DNA from: Adineta vaga
Lineage: Eukaryota > Animalia > Rotifera
Assembly: GCA_021613535.1 (NCBI GenBank)
Contig: CP075493.1
Coordinates: forward strand, 8,804,001 to 8,868,000
DNA length: 64,000 nt
Reading direction: 5' to 3'
This document shows, piece after piece, positions 25,333 through 40,800 of the stretch. A program made the translations under genes and the position numbers. Position 1 is the stretch's first letter; each line of letters opens with the position of its first letter. The notes under the pieces are model-generated. The model saw only the letters and a list, made by a program, of their open reading frames with translations, was not told where the DNA came from and made no database searches.

Positions 25333-25345
25333 CCAATTGGATTGG
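25333..25345. promoter_or_regulatory. CCAAT boxes on both strands in the divergent ATAD3/RRM-gene promoter
   Basis: CCAATTGGATTGG in the 527-nt head-to-head interval. Confidence 0.35.
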
Positions 25346-25434
25346 TGCGTTCATTATTGCGAACAATCAGATAGATCCCATTACATTTTATATACATTAG
25401 TGAATAAGTGAAAACCGATTCAATTAAGTTCAAT

Positions 25435-26756
25435 ATGCCAACAAAACTTTATATTGGAAATATTCCTCAAGCAATTAGTTCAACAGAATTAAAAGAACTA
25501 TTTGAAAAATATGGTAAAGTACTCGAATGTGATATCATTAAAGACTATGCATTTGTCGTAAGTTTACTCCTGATTCATTTTCTTGAATTCATCGTATTTT
25601 CGTCTTTTTTAAATAGCATATGGAAGATGCAAGTAAAGCGAAAGCTTCTATTGCAGCTTTAAATGATTTTAACTTCAAGGGAAATCGCATTAGAGTTGAA
25701 GTAAGATTTGTTTATATTTAGAAAATTTATGTAAAGATGAGTCGAAATATTTCTTTATCAGGTATCAACAACACAACTTCGAAATGGAAGTCGTTCATCG
25801 TAAGTAATTGTAAATGAATATTTGATTCAGGTATCTTTATTGAAAATCTAGACGTCGTGATGATTCACCACGTCGACATTCAAATTCAACGTCGATGCGA
25901 TCATCTCGGTTTGTTATTGTAAAAATTATATTAGGAAAGATTTTCTTTTCATCTATGAATAGACGAGAATATCCAATGATGTCATCGAGTCGAAACGGCG
26001 GTTATTCAAGCGGCGGCGGCGGCGGCGGCGGCGGCGGACCTGATCGATCATATCCGAGTATGCGTAATAGTTACATGGATGCAAGATCTCGTCCGTATGA
26101 TTCTCCGTACGAACGTCAACGAATGCCACCACCACCACCTGCGATGAGCTATGGCGATCTGTACAGTATGCGTGGTGGTCCTGGCGATACGTATGGTCGT
26201 GATAATTTCTATCAACAACGAGGACCACCTATGTCGACGGCTGATCATTATGGACGAGGACCATCAATGCGGTATGTCGTTATTCGTACATAGAAAAAGA
26301 AAAATACAGTGATGAGAGAAAAAAAAAGACGTCGACTTTTCTTTGCCTAACTTTTTCCTTTCTCTTTCGTTCAATCGAATATCCATTTTGGCGGAACTCC
26401 GTTTCAGGTCGACTTACGATGCTTATCCTGCGTATTCATCTGGATCAAACTCGATGGGATCATCAAGAAGGTAAGCACGAAATTATACGCAAAAGAAAAA
26501 GAAAAGAATTATTTATATACGTTCATTCGGCTACTTATTTAAATATAATATACTTATATAAATGAGAAGTTCAACGGATCTATCGTTTTTCGTATTCCTA
26601 TACTCTTATAATAGTCGATATGCTGCTTCACCACCATCGTCACGTAATGGATCAGGACGTCACGGATCACCATCTCGATCATCATCTTCTCGTCGACCAA
26701 CCAAACGATCACCGCCGCCGCCGTCATCATCAAGTTCATCGCGATCACGTCGATAG
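25435..26756 (+). CDS. RBM4/Lark-like single-RRM RNA-binding protein with R/S/G/Y/P-rich tail, multi-exon
   Basis: KLYIGNI (RNP2), [23 protein letters not shown] (RNP1), then a low-complexity SR-like tail ending SRSRR-stop. Confidence 0.8.
26012..26035 (+). repeat. (GGC)8 coding repeat, poly-Gly
   Basis: Direct reading. Confidence 0.9.
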
Positions 26757-27254
26757 TTATTTACTTTCTTTTAAAAAGATTTTCTAACAAGGTTTTGTTT
26801 TGCGAACAAATATGTTTGTACCATGACTTGCAACGATTTGTTTCTTTAATTAGTCAAACAGAATATTTCTATTCTGAGATTTTTTTGGATATAATGACTT
26901 TAACAAATCATCTTGTTTTTCCATTTTTTTTCGTATGTGTGATTGTTTATATATCAGTAATAAATCAGAAACAAATACTGTTCATGAAACATGCATGATA
27001 CTTGGTTACTTTTCATTTGTCTGAGAATCAATTGATATGATAGTTCATTTTTATTCACAATAGTGTTGATTTTCGTTTCTCTTCAAACTATTTCTGAATC
27101 GTGCTCGTCTTTCTTCTATACTATAGTATTTGTAAGTTGATAGGAGCATTTTTCTATCGTTCGTTTGCTCATTTATTCACTCACTTGCATGCACGCACTC
27201 ATCGTTTTCACAGAATCAAACTATTTTCTACTTCCTGTTATCGAAAGTGCAACA

Positions 27255-27307
27255 GAAGAAGATGAAGAGGAGGAGAAGAAGAAGAAGAAGAAGAAGAAGA
27301 GGAGGAA
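27255..27307 (+). repeat. GAA/GAG purine tract upstream of 7B2
   Basis: Direct reading. Confidence 0.8.
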
Positions 27308-27388
27308 ATAAATGAGTGTTTCTCTTCGTTTCTGTTATTCGTCAGATACTGCTCTGGAAAATATTACAGACATTTGAACAAAATCATC

Positions 27389-28203
27389 ATGCGGTATAAT
27401 TTATCAACCTTTACAGTAGTATTAATTCTCCTTGCAATAAAAAATATTCATACAATTAATTGGATAGATTATGATGAATCGACTTCGAATATCGATCTAT
27501 TGTATGATGATTCCGATCAATATTTAAGTACATTAACACGTGATGATGAACAAGAAATACATAGTCCAATAATAACCGGTTACAAATATGTATCAGGTAG
27601 GAATTTTTGAGAAATCATTTGATTTCATTTAATTGATTGTCTATTTCTTTTGTTCAGGTGGAGCAGGCGAAGGTCAACAATATTTAAGTCCAACCGGCGA
27701 AATTCCAAATCACCCGGAAGTAAAAACTGATGATGAACTACCGTTATTTTGCCACCCGCCAAATCCTTGTCCGTTAGGTTATGAAGGTATACTACTAGTA
27801 CGATATAATAAAATATTTGATAACAATGAATAATTTTCAGATGATGATTGTGATGCATCATCAATGGGAGCCTTTACAGCAGAATATAGTCGATTATATC
27901 AATCCGAACAAGATTGTCAATGTGACAAAGATCATGATCAATGTTTAAATAAAAACACTATTAATTATGATCAATCATCAACAAAAGTATCGAATGAAAA
28001 TTTAAAACGATCAAGACGTGTTAATCGAGTATGTTACTTTGTTACTAAGAAAAAACAATCAATTGAATATTTTTTTTATTTTAAAGGATGTTCATTCCTC
28101 TCAACAAACCGAAAATATATCAGAAAATCCTTCACATTATAAATCATTGTATAAAGAGCAAACATTTCGTTTTTATGTTGCAAAAAATCACCAAACAGTA
28201 TGA
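27389..28203 (+). CDS. SCG5: Neuroendocrine protein 7B2 (PC2 chaperone), 4 exons
   Basis: Signal peptide, GYKYVSGGAGEGQQYL, VKTDDELPLFCHPPNPCPLGY (PPNPCP hallmark), basic cleavage site KRSRR, C-terminal VAK motif. Confidence 0.92.
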
Positions 28204-28861
28204 ATCTTTAATTATATGAAATAAAAAACCTATTTGAATCATGTTTCATCTTCTTCATTTTCAATTCATTTATAAGTTTACTCAGATGCACATGAGGAAG
28301 AAAACTAATAAAAAATAACGAATATAATGTCATCAAGACAGGAAGAAGAAGAAGAAGCAATGATTTCCGATAATAGAAAAAATCACTCGAGTAACATAGA
28401 GAACCAAAGAAAATACTTGCTACATTCATGACATATTCATGATTTAACATCGATTGTGAAAATATATTCTCGGTGCCAGTAAATTATGATGTAAAAAGTT
28501 CAAAACGTGAAGAATGGTTGTTCTGATATAATTTACAGGAAAAATTTACAAAAAGGCTGTGTGGATGTAGTCGGAGAGAATATCATTAGATATGCGTAGT
28601 CTCACTTTGAACACGATGTTTAACTGTAAGACAAATGAAAATGACAAGAACGTTCGATGACGATTAGCATAGATTATAGTGAATCGATATGCACTATTTT
28701 AGAAGTTCTGTTTCGATTAAGAAATACTGTCAACTAAACGGTATTGTATACCTATATGTTTGCTTGTTGATACACTTCAATCACTTCATGTGAGGTGAAA
28801 ATACTTTATAGTTTATTTCAAAATCCTCATCCAAAAGCAAATTGTGTATTTGAATGTCTTT

Positions 28862-31800
28862 TTATTCCAATGATGAGGCCAGAACAGCAACACCACGTTC
28901 ATAGAAATGAAATTCTGAAGTATCTGATTGACCAGCTTTAACATTGATAGTGCAAAGTAATTCTGTTCGAAGACCATTACCATAAACTGGAAGTGTTACT
29001 TCTTGCTGATCATTTTTCTTAGTTGTTGTTGATGTTGTACTACCTGGCATTTTCCATTCGACTGTTAATAAAGGAATATCATCCATAATTGCACTTGAAT
29101 AAAATAAAGCATTATTTCGAGATAATGCACCTTGTAATTTCAATCCTAAATATTAAAGAATATGCAACCTTTAGCGAAATTGTGATGTGCAATAAAATCG
29201 TACCAGTAATCAGAAAAACATTTTCTTTATTAGCATCAGCTTGTGATGGTTGATCAAGCATTTGTACCTGCATAATAAGTTCTTCTAACGAAACTTGTAA
29301 TGATTGAGCAGCACATTGACGTGTTGCAGTAAGATAAGCTTCGGGTGTAAATAAACCACCAAGCCACATTTGAACTTTCTAAATATATTAAAATAAATCT
29401 TCAAAATATCTTTTCAATTATTTTATGTAATACACAAAAATTATGTTTTAGAAAGAAGTTATATCTAAGAAAATACCTGATACTAATTATAGTCTGAAAA
29501 TGATGAAGAAATTTATTATGAGAACATACTCGTAAGGATTGAACACCTTCATTTGTTGTCAATGTTGTTAATTTATCGAGTTGTTTCAAACGAGCAACAA
29601 AATCCGACATCCATTGCATAGCACTGATACCTGGTGGTACACGATATTTCTTCCAAGTTGACGGTGTAATACCTAATATTCAGACAGTATATGAATTACG
29701 TGTTACAATATTGATTTTATACCCTTAGATAAATTATTCAATAAATCTCGTGTATCATTTGTTTGTTTTTTACTGCCATCACATACGCCTTGAACATCTG
29801 TCAAATCTTGACGTACGGAACGAAGCAAATTAGCAGCAAAAGTAACTTCACGTTCAACACATCGAAATAATGGATCTTTAATATTTTCCGATGTTCGTTT
29901 CATTGTTGGTAATGCCTAAAACAATTACAAAAAAAAACAAAAAGCATGAAAATTCTAGAAAAAAAATACAACTAATCGGAATACCTTGGGTAGTAACTTG
30001 AGCCAATTTTGTGTCGTATGTTGCACATGTACCATCCATGCTGGACGTCCAGCATTTTCACCTTCATCTTTATGTTCACCAGCATCGAGATCTAAAAAGA
30101 CACATGAGATGAAACATTCTATTGACTATAATCATTGTTTGATTTCTTACCCATAGTAAGTACATTCTCATCAGTTTGATCACATTTTAGTAGATCAACT
30201 GCAAATTTACTTCCTAAACAACAAATTCAATAGTGAGAAAATGATTCATCGTCTTCAATTACCTTCACTGATCAATAATACTTTCTCTGCATTATCAGGT
30301 AAACCAAGCCAAGTGGGTTTTTCATTTGCTGGCAGTTGTTTAACCCATTCAACATATTTAGCTTTCGTTGTATCTTGAGGTATTGGTATTGATAAGGATG
30401 AAACATCATCTTTTATCAATGGATAGGAATTATTTAAACTTTCTTGGCAAAAATATTTCCCTACGAACGAAGCTAAAAGTCGTTGATCAAATCTATAGAT
30501 AGTAACAATAATGACTTTATATCAATTTCATATTTTCTTTCTTCATCTTACCGATTATCCAGTCGTCCACCATAAATACATGAAGCAATTAAATATCGAA
30601 GTGCATCCCAGGCAATCTCCTATTGAGAAAAATAAATATTTCAACTGAAAAGTGAAAAAAATCTTCGATGTATCACTAACATCTTTTCCCTCATTACGAA
30701 TCCATTGATCAATTGTATCACATGCAAAGCGCAGATCACTTTCATTAATTTCGTAATGTTTCGACCAACCTAATGGTGTATAACGTGAACGTTCTGTAAC
30801 AAGTGCATGAAGCCATGCCAATCGGAAATAGGCTTTTGCACGTATATGTGGTGCTCGTTCCATACGACTTTCAGAAAATTCATTCAATGTTCGTGTCAAA
30901 CTTGCACGAATACCTGTAGCTGGTTCGAAAACTAAACACAAACCCATTCGTAAAAGACTTGTTGGAAGCTAAATAAATATCAGAACAATGAAGAATATAT
31001 TGATAAAGAGAAGGAAAATACTTTAGGATGAATTTCTGTGGAAAGAAACAAACGAAATGATTCATGAGGTTTTAATGAATGTAATTTCTTTTCTAATTCT
31101 TTGAGCCATTGTGGTGCTAGATGCACATTTTTTAATAAGACCCAATCGCCCTGTTTAGCAGCTGTATTGATTGCGTGTTCAGCTAGAGAAAAGCCTTCCG
31201 CAGAACCTAGAAGAACAATTCAATGATTTGATCAGAATCAAAACAGATATCTTCATCATACCGATAGCAATACTTGTCAAATTCTTATTGAGATTAGTTG
31301 CTAATTCTTCTACACGATTAGATGCATCATGACCCGGAACAGAGCAAAGTAGAATAGGTGTTAAACCTTGAATCTACAAATGTGAATAACAATGTTTCGA
31401 TGAATATTTACGAGATTTATGTTTTTCTTTTACTTCTTCGTTAATAATCTGTTCTAAATTCAATAGTGCATCAGCTTTTTGAACAAATTCAGCACCAAAA
31501 ACACTTTCTACAAATGATTTTGCCGCAATAATCAAACGATCTGGTCGTACAGCACGTGTTATTAGCATTCTAAAATAAAATATACAGTAGACTTCTCATA
31601 TTTTATATCTGAAATCAACAGAATTTGTATCAATAACTTACGAATAAACAGCAGTATTGATCGGATTTGTTTTATCACTCGTATTCTCCCAAACAACAGG
31701 AACTCGAGTTGTTACATCAGTACTAATTAACCATTTATCAAATGCATCTGCATTCGATGCAATTTGTCGTTCGAGATTTTTAAAAGATGGAACATTAGTA

Positions 31801-34800
31801 GTTAAATGTGATAATGCACGTTTCTAATGAGATAGAAAATCGAAAAAAGTGAAACCAATATACACATAATTCTTTACCTGTGGTTCAGATAATTTATTTT
31901 GAATATTCAACATGTCTACATTCTCTTCCAATGCTTGAGCCATTTCAAAAAATTCATTTTCAAATGTCATATTTTCTCTGAAAAAAGAACTATCTTAATA
32001 AAAAAGAAAAGTGTTCAAGAAATGCTAATATACCCAATAATATTTTTCAAATAGATTCTTGTTAATTGAACAGCTAAAGTAATACGATCTCGATGTAACA
32101 TACCGCGTGAAACACGAATGAATATTGTTTCAAATAAACTTTTCAATATAATATCTAACCGTTGAGTTGTATCAGTAATGGATTCTAAACGTTTATTATG
32201 ATAGAGTATATGTTCGAATATTTCCATGAAAAATCGCAATGAATATTGATAGAGCATGTGAATCTAGTATGAATATAGAACAAAGAATTTCAATCGATCA
32301 GTAATCAATCTTACTGTAGATAAGGATGAAAGTGTAAAGAAGATACTACTGCATGCTTTTGCCATTGGTAAATATTCATGTGAAACCTTTTCTACTTCAT
32401 TCAAAACTAGATCCGTTTCTTCGACTTTTTGCATAATTTCTGATGCTTCAGTTTTGATTTTTTCCAGTGTAGCAATAACTCTAATAGATTAAATAAAAAT
32501 GAAGTTGAATGAATGATTGAATAGAATAATTGTTTACTTGTCATTATCTAATATAGTTCCTTCAGATTCGTTGAGTACTTTCAATAAATTATCTTCTAAA
32601 TGACGTAATTTTGCTGCAAATTCTCCTTGTAATTTCATCAGATCAGATCGTTTTGCGTCGATATCTGGTCGTTCAGATCGTAAGATTTTATATAAGCATT
32701 GCGATTGTAAACTTGACCGTGTAACAGTAAAATTAACGAATGTAACACGTGAACAGATATCGGGTCCGAATTCCGCCTTTCATTAAACAAAAACAAAGGA
32801 AAACGAAAATCAATATCGATTGTGAACAATATTGAATCTTACATCAGAATCACGTGTAAACAAAAACATACGAAATGTTGGAGAAAAATCAATATCTTTA
32901 TCACCAATAGTAATAAGAACTCGACCAGATGTTCGTCGAAGATCACGAATAAGAACAGGATTTATCAAAGGATCAAAATTTTCAGCATCATGAATAAATA
33001 AAGTAGTACCAAATCGAAGAGCACTTTCAAGTTGTTTACGAAAATTAGCATCCATAAAACTAAGAAAACGAATTTATTGAAATAACTCGTATAACAAAAA
33101 CAAAAACTGATACAATACCTTGTTTGAACAATATTTTTCTCTCGATATTCTCTGTAGAGAAATTCAAATGCTTGTCCACTAGGATCAATAATTAATGGAT
33201 AACGAGTAAAACGTTTTAACATAACAGCATTTTCTCGACATAAATCATCACTTGGCAACATATTCATTTCCCATCGAAGTCGTTCATCTGCATCAGATAC
33301 ATACTAAATAAATATATGTTTAATTATGTTTTGGAAAATAAAGAAATTTTACTTCGACACGAGCTAAATCGTGTTTGTAAGGTATTTTAGCTTTTTCTAA
33401 ATGCTTTTGCCATTGTTGATAGAGAATTTGTCTCGTCATTTGATCGAAATAACCCGTATAAGCTAAGAATGTTGAAATAAGAAATCCATCACCGATTAAT
33501 GTTGCTAATTGTGTTTGATAACTTTCACTTGTTGTTTCCCAACGTACTTTCTCTAAACTTAAATTTTTGATCAAAGCAATCGATCGTTCTACTTTAGATT
33601 CAACTTGTGAAAGATCTGTTTTAATTGCTTGGGCAGCAGAAATCAAATCGGCATATTCAGTTTTATATTGTGCTATACTTGTTTCTAATGTTGTTATTAA
33701 ATCATTTGTTTCTTGCATATCAGCTACTTTTTTTTCTGCTTCTCTTTCTAAACTTTTCAATTCATTTCGCAATGGTTCGACTTTACTTAACATATCAGCA
33801 TAAGTTAACTGTGCTATTGCCCATTTAACTAAAGGACCACAAGCAGCTGATGCACGATTAACTTTATCATAAGAATAATCAGGATTATTGAGATATTTCG
33901 TTTTCATCTTATTCACAATGGCAGGACTAAGGAAAAGAATTGATGTATAGAAAGGATTTGTTCAAGTAAATTCTACCTGATATTATCAGTATCAAAATTA
34001 ACAATTATAGAGATGAAATTTTCACGCATCATTATACTACGAATCGATTTCCAATCATTTGTTTCTTCACCGAGTAATAAACAAATGGATTCAAGTGTTA
34101 ATTTGACACCTTGTGGAGGATTATTCAAATTTTTGATTTCTACTAAATTTTGTTTTTTAATAGATTTTACCGCTAGAGAATAATTAAAAAATCATTTGAT
34201 AAAGAGAAAAGAGATGAAATAAAAATCAATTCACCTTGTTGAGCTTCTTGAACAGCTGGTTCGACTTTATCTAAATCTATCATGACAGTTTTTCGTTTTT
34301 CAACGATTTGTTCTTGTTGTTTCTATTTGAATGTGAATCAAACGTATTTTCGAGAAAAACAAATCTGGAATAAATGAATACATACAACTAAAACGACTTG
34401 TAATTCTTGTGAATTGATTCGTTTCTTTTCAGCTTCTTGTTGATCATGAACCATTTGTTTTAATTTCAAATTTGCTTCTTCATTTTTATCATTCAATTCT
34501 TTTCGTTTATCAGCTAATGATGTTTGTAATTGTTCAACTTGAACAACAGTCTCATGAATTTTATCAAGACCAACAATCAAATGTTGACGAGTTTCTTCAA
34601 TTTCTGTTCGTTTCTCAGCAGTAATTTTGATCTAAATAATTTCATCAAAAACAAATTAAACAGTGATTGAAGACGAAAATATCTATATTTTACAAAATGT
34701 TGAATAGCATCAAGAAAATGGCTAGGAGTAATGACAATTGTTTTCGTTGTAGAACCTTTTTTACGTAATGTATCATTTAATTTATGTAATGATTGATGAA

Positions 34801-37800
34801 CAAAAACAAAAGCATTAGTAATCACATCACGATACGTTGGTTCTACCGGTAAACTAGCAACTAAACGAGTTAATGTCTTTGGAGCAGTATACTAAAATAT
34901 AAAAACAATAGATTTCATTTTGTAGAAAGAATAATCAAATCTTACATCTGCTTTTTGTATATCAACATTTTGTATTAATTCACTTGCAACGTGATAGTAT
35001 GCATCTAAAGACCAATCACCGAGCCAATCCAATACGCATCGATTAAATAAAGCAGGTGATGTTGATGCTCGATCACGTAAACCATTGGCACTTGGATTCA
35101 TTGTAAAAACAACATGAAGATTTCTCATGACCTTTTTTTTTAGAAAAAGAAAATCTTACAATCGTATGAATCATACATTCTCTAGCATACTTGTATGGTA
35201 AACCATTTGTATAATTCATCATTTGAATCTAACATCAAACCTTGCCGTTGTGCACCTTCTTTACATAAGGTTAATAATGCTGAATATTCATCTCCTTCGA
35301 ATAATCCAGGAACTTCTCCATTAGCTAATAAAGTATTCATTCGTTCAAGAAAACTACTATCCATCACATTCGATTCATCAAGAAGAAAGACAATCTTTTC
35401 TCCTTTACAACCCGAACGACGTAATAGTTGACGTAAATCATCATCAAAATCAGCAGCAGTATATTTATTATGTACCTGAAATTCTCACAAAGTTATTCGT
35501 GAGATAATTTATAAAACAAGCTTTTACTTTCAATTGAAAGAAATCAATTTGATTTAACCAGGAAACAAATCGACAGAGCGTCGCCTTCCCAGTACCCGAC
35601 AAACCAATCAACAAAAGATGTCCTTGTGGTTGACGAAATACCCGATCGATTCGTAGAACTTGATCCAGTACTTGATTGAAAAGTACTAATTGAATTCCTA
35701 CTTCTTCTTCATAGTATGTCTTAGAAGAGGAGAAAAAACTAAACATCAGATTGACTTAATAAATTCATTTCATACTTTCAATCGTCCTTGAATATATTGT
35801 CGTAATTCTTCTTCATCAATTGAAGTATAATGACCAGCTTGCCAATCACTGAAGAGGATTGGTCGTTTTAATGCAGCATTTAAATCAACATTACCAAAAT
35901 GTTTAGCAGCCGTATCATCAATAGCTTTTTCTGTCCATTGACGTTCGTAATCATAGATCAATCTAAAGTTTTGATGAAACAAATGTTTTTTGAAAAATTA
36001 AATTATCGTTCAAACCGATCATGAAATAAACGTAATGCTTCATGTGCCCAAAGTCGAACTAGTTCTTCTGTATTTAAACTTTTCGCATTACGTATCGCTT
36101 CGTTGATACCTCGTACCCATCGAGTCATTTCACGTGGTGAATAAACATAATGAGGTTGTTGATCAACAGTAAATTGTTCCTAAATAAACATGCAAATTTT
36201 AAACATATATATATATATATATATACTTCTCAATTGAATCAAATTTACTTGTGTCGATAGAAAGAATTCGACCATTGCATTTGTTAATGCATCTGCTGAG
36301 GATTTTAAATTATTAAATTTCTTCAACATTGCTCGATTAAATGTGCCATAAATTTGTTTCAATGATACTTCACCTGGATAATCCACATAAACCAATGGAC
36401 AATGTCGTAAAAATCTTTAGTAATAACAAATATGTTTTTCTCAAAAATAACATAACAACTTATTTACCGATGAGATAAAGGTTTTCTTCCTGGATCTGTT
36501 GGTGGATTGCAAGCACCAACGAATTGGATTCTTTCTAAATGTATCCATGTATGATCCGATGTTCGATAGAATCCTCCATGTTCAATACATTGTCTTAGAA
36601 ATGCAATTACACGTTGTGTACCATATTTATCTTCATCAGGCAGATTAATTTCATCACAAAAGACAATAATCCATTTGCCTAATTGACTCGGAGCAAGAAC
36701 AACACCGGATGTAGCAGTTTTTTTATATTCACAATAATGTGCAAATGTTTTAAGAATCAATTCAGGTGTTGTCGCACATGAAAAGTTCAAACCAACGACT
36801 TCACAAGCTGGTAATGAACGAAGTGCACTAAATAATGTCATTGTTTTACCACTAGAATACAAAGGAAATGTTTGAGAGTATTCCATAGAGAAAATTTTAC
36901 CTTCCAGGTGGACCACAAAGTAGAAGAGGTTTATGTTCATTGAGCCATGTATATAGAAGTGTTTCATGTCGAATGGTATCAATTGTAGGTATGACTAAAT
37001 CACTTGCATCAACTTTATTTCCTTCCAGTTCCATTGTTGGAACTTTTAATAACCAAGATTCCCATTCACCATCGCCATTGACCTTTACATTCAAAGAAAG
37101 AAAAAGGCATATTCTTTCCTGTTATCACATTTAAACCTATCTTTTACCTCAAAATCAATGATTGGTAAACTTTTATCGGCTGGTGATGAAATATTACTAT
37201 TCTTAATTGTATTCATAATAAATTCACCTAGTTGTTGTCGATATTTTAGTTTACTATCACCTGAAAACGACCAAATCATTGAAATAATCAATGACTTTAC
37301 TAGATACTGTTCAATCTGTTTTGCAGTTAAAGGTGTCGATCGATCTGTTGAAAATAATTGTCGTTTGACAATTGTTCGTAAGACATGATTGAGCATAGAA
37401 AATAATGTTTGTAAACATCGAGCTGGTAAGAAATCCATAATATGTACTTGTTTTTCTCCTGCATAATCCAATGTATCGAGAATTAAGCCATTTTCTTTGT
37501 TACAATAGGGTTCAAGTAAGTCAGCAAGATGATTTTGTATTTGTAAGATATTTGTTTTATTTTCGTCAGATGATTGAATGACTGTATCTTTACTATTTGG
37601 ATCATCCTGATTAATAATATCGAAAACAGATTCTTGTCGAATACGATTCAAATAATATTGCAGTAACATAACAGATGTTACTGTTTGTTGATTGAACCAA
37701 ACCATACCTGTTCGAGAAACTGTAGCTAATGTTGCATGACGTAAATCTTGAACTTCAAACATCTGAAAAATCACCGAAATATTATTGACAAGAATGACAA

Positions 37801-40800
37801 TGAACATGTAGGAAGAACTTACCACACGAACATTAGGTGGAAGAGCAAGACGTTCGCCATTGGGTAAAGTGAGTAATTTATTATCGTCGAGAACGGAATT
37901 TAAATTCTCAACCCATTCAGGATCAACATCACCATCGAATATAATCCATTGACGTTTTGATAATTCACCGCGAACATTATCAATTATTTTACGTAAGATA
38001 TGTGTAAATAAACCATCAGTCCATTCGCCTATGAATTGACAAAAACAACAAAGAGAGAAGTTCGATCAGTTATTTAAAATAAGACATACGAGTGTTTTGA
38101 TCCATATACCCATAGAGATCATCTTTTGATATTGCTTTTGGATCGATTATATGCGCTTGACCATCAGAATTTTCAATTCTATTCAATGCCTTTAACAGTA
38201 CACGCCAAGCCATCGTTTTACCTAGATAGATTTTATTTACGTTATTACAAAAGATATAGTGATAAGAAGATTAGAATTTATTTTGAAAACCTAGCATCAC
38301 GTTCTTTGATTGTAAATCGGGCTTTCTGATTCTATCATAAATAATCACTGATTTCTATTGACGAATGAAACCTACCACAACTTGTCGGTCCAACAAGCAT
38401 CAATCCATGATTAAGATTTGTTATTTGATATAATTGCAAAACTTTCTCAATCCATAATTGTTCACATACAAGAAACTTTTCTTTAGCAACATTTTCAATT
38501 TCTTCTCGGAGACGAGTCATCGATGGACGATTATATGTTGCATTCGGAAAAACATCATTCAACAGACTATTCAATAGAACTAAATCATCGGCAACAAGAC
38601 GGGGAACAAAACTATCCATAATTGCTTGAATAACAATCTAAAATCAAATGAAAGTGCTGTAATTATTCTCCAATATTCATATGCTCACTTCTTGTTCATC
38701 TTCATTTGCTGTGTTATTTTTAATCTTTTCACGTTTTATATTACCAGCCATGACAAGAACACTTTTCAATGATCGTAAACCAAAATCATAATGAGATTGA
38801 TTCGACAATTGTTCACTTAATAATGTAAATAGTGGAACGATTTTCTTCGATAAAACTTCTGCTTGACGAAAACCTTGTGAGTAGAGCATCACTTGAGCAA
38901 TAAGAACTTTATCTGGTACAGTCATAGCTAAACTACGAAAGAGCATTTTAAGATTGTCAGGTAAGTTTGAACGACCAGCATAACCAGGATTCATAGTAAT
39001 AAAGACTGCCATATTAGAATTGACAGTAATCGTTTTACCAACCAATTCAATTTTCAATGTATCTATAAATAATATTTCTTCATCTTTAGACAATAAAAGA
39101 TTGAGTACGATTTACTTTTATTTGATAACGATTGTTGACGAAGTGCTTCTTGAATGGTTTGAATCTGTTGAGAAACAGCGGATAACATACGTTCTTCTAA
39201 ACGATTAAACTCATCAAAACATCCCCATGCACCAACTTGACATAAGCCAACAAATATACGACCCATGGCTTGAAAATCGAATGCTTCATCACAATTAAAC
39301 ACCAGAACAAATCGTCCAAGTGCATTGCCAAGTGCTTTAACTGATTCAGTTTTTCCCGTTCCTAATCGAAGAAAACTCAGTGATCATTCTACTTTATATC
39401 ATCATTACACATACCAGCAGGTCCAAATGGTGAACCACCAAATTTAGCATGTAATGCTTGTGTCATTGTTAGGAAACATCGATCAGTTAACGGTGTTTGA
39501 ACAAGACGATCTTGTAAACCTTTGAAGAGACAAAACAATTGTTCGACATAACTTAACAAAATATATTGATTCTTTCATTTTTACCAAGATATTCAAATCC
39601 ATAATGAAATTCTGCATTTGCCATGCGAATTTTTAGTTGTTCAAGTACATTTTGATTACTTGGTTCAAAATATAAACGCATTTGAGCAAGCCATTCAAAA
39701 TTAGTTGCTGAGTCAACTTTCTTATCAATTAAAGCTCGTGTTACATCACGTTTATGAACATGTTCAATAATCTAAATGAAGAGAATATTTTCAAAGATCT
39801 TTATTACATCACGAAACATACGAGATGTTCAAGTTTTCGTCGTCGAACAGTAGGTTGATCAGCAAGTACTAAATCTGCTAACATACCGAGTGTTGATTCA
39901 ATTTGTCGAAGTGCTGGTTGAAGATCAACATTTTTCTCATGAGTAAGTAGATGTTCCATACTTTCTGACCATGAGACTTGAAAAGCAAGAACAACTAATT
40001 GAGCCTAGTATGTAAAATTGTATTAATAAACAAGAATACATCATCGAAGAAAAGAAGTTCATCATAGTTCTGATACCTGATACTGATCGAGCCAATTGAT
40101 AAATCCTTGTATATCATTTGAATTCTTTTGTATCGTAATCAATTGTGGAATTGATTGTGCTAATAATTTAGCTAAAGTCAAACTAATTTCTTTTTCAACT
40201 CGTGTTAACCAATCATTGATATTGGGATGTTGTTTAATCGATATTTGATTGAAAAATTTCACTTCTTCACCTTCTTTCGATTGTATACCTTCGATTATTG
40301 ATGAATTTTCTTCATTGATAAGTAATGCATGAACACCAGCAAACATTTTCTTGAAATGCTTTTGTAAACGTAATAAATTATTTGAATTACCAATCATTTC
40401 TAGTAAATCTTCGTCACCAATAAAATAAAATCTAGAAAAGAAAGATAGTCATTATCAATGCGAAAAGCGTTTCTCAATAAAGTTTTACCGTGGAAAGGCT
40501 GCACGTTGTCGTTCGAGATATTCTCCTAAAGCTTTTTGAATCTTTGTTAATGAATCTGCTAAACGTTCAAGTAGTTTTTGCACATTAGGTATTGCAATTA
40601 CATCAAGTACTAATGATGATTTTTCTACTTTCTTCAATAAACCAACAAATTCATTGGCGACACTTTGAAATTTTTGTGATTCATTTGGTAATAATTGTGC
40701 AATATCTGTTGATGAAGTAAATATACCTTCGAGATAAACCCAACGTCTTTGTACATCAATCCAAATATCAAAAATATTTATTATACGATTAAGTTTATCT

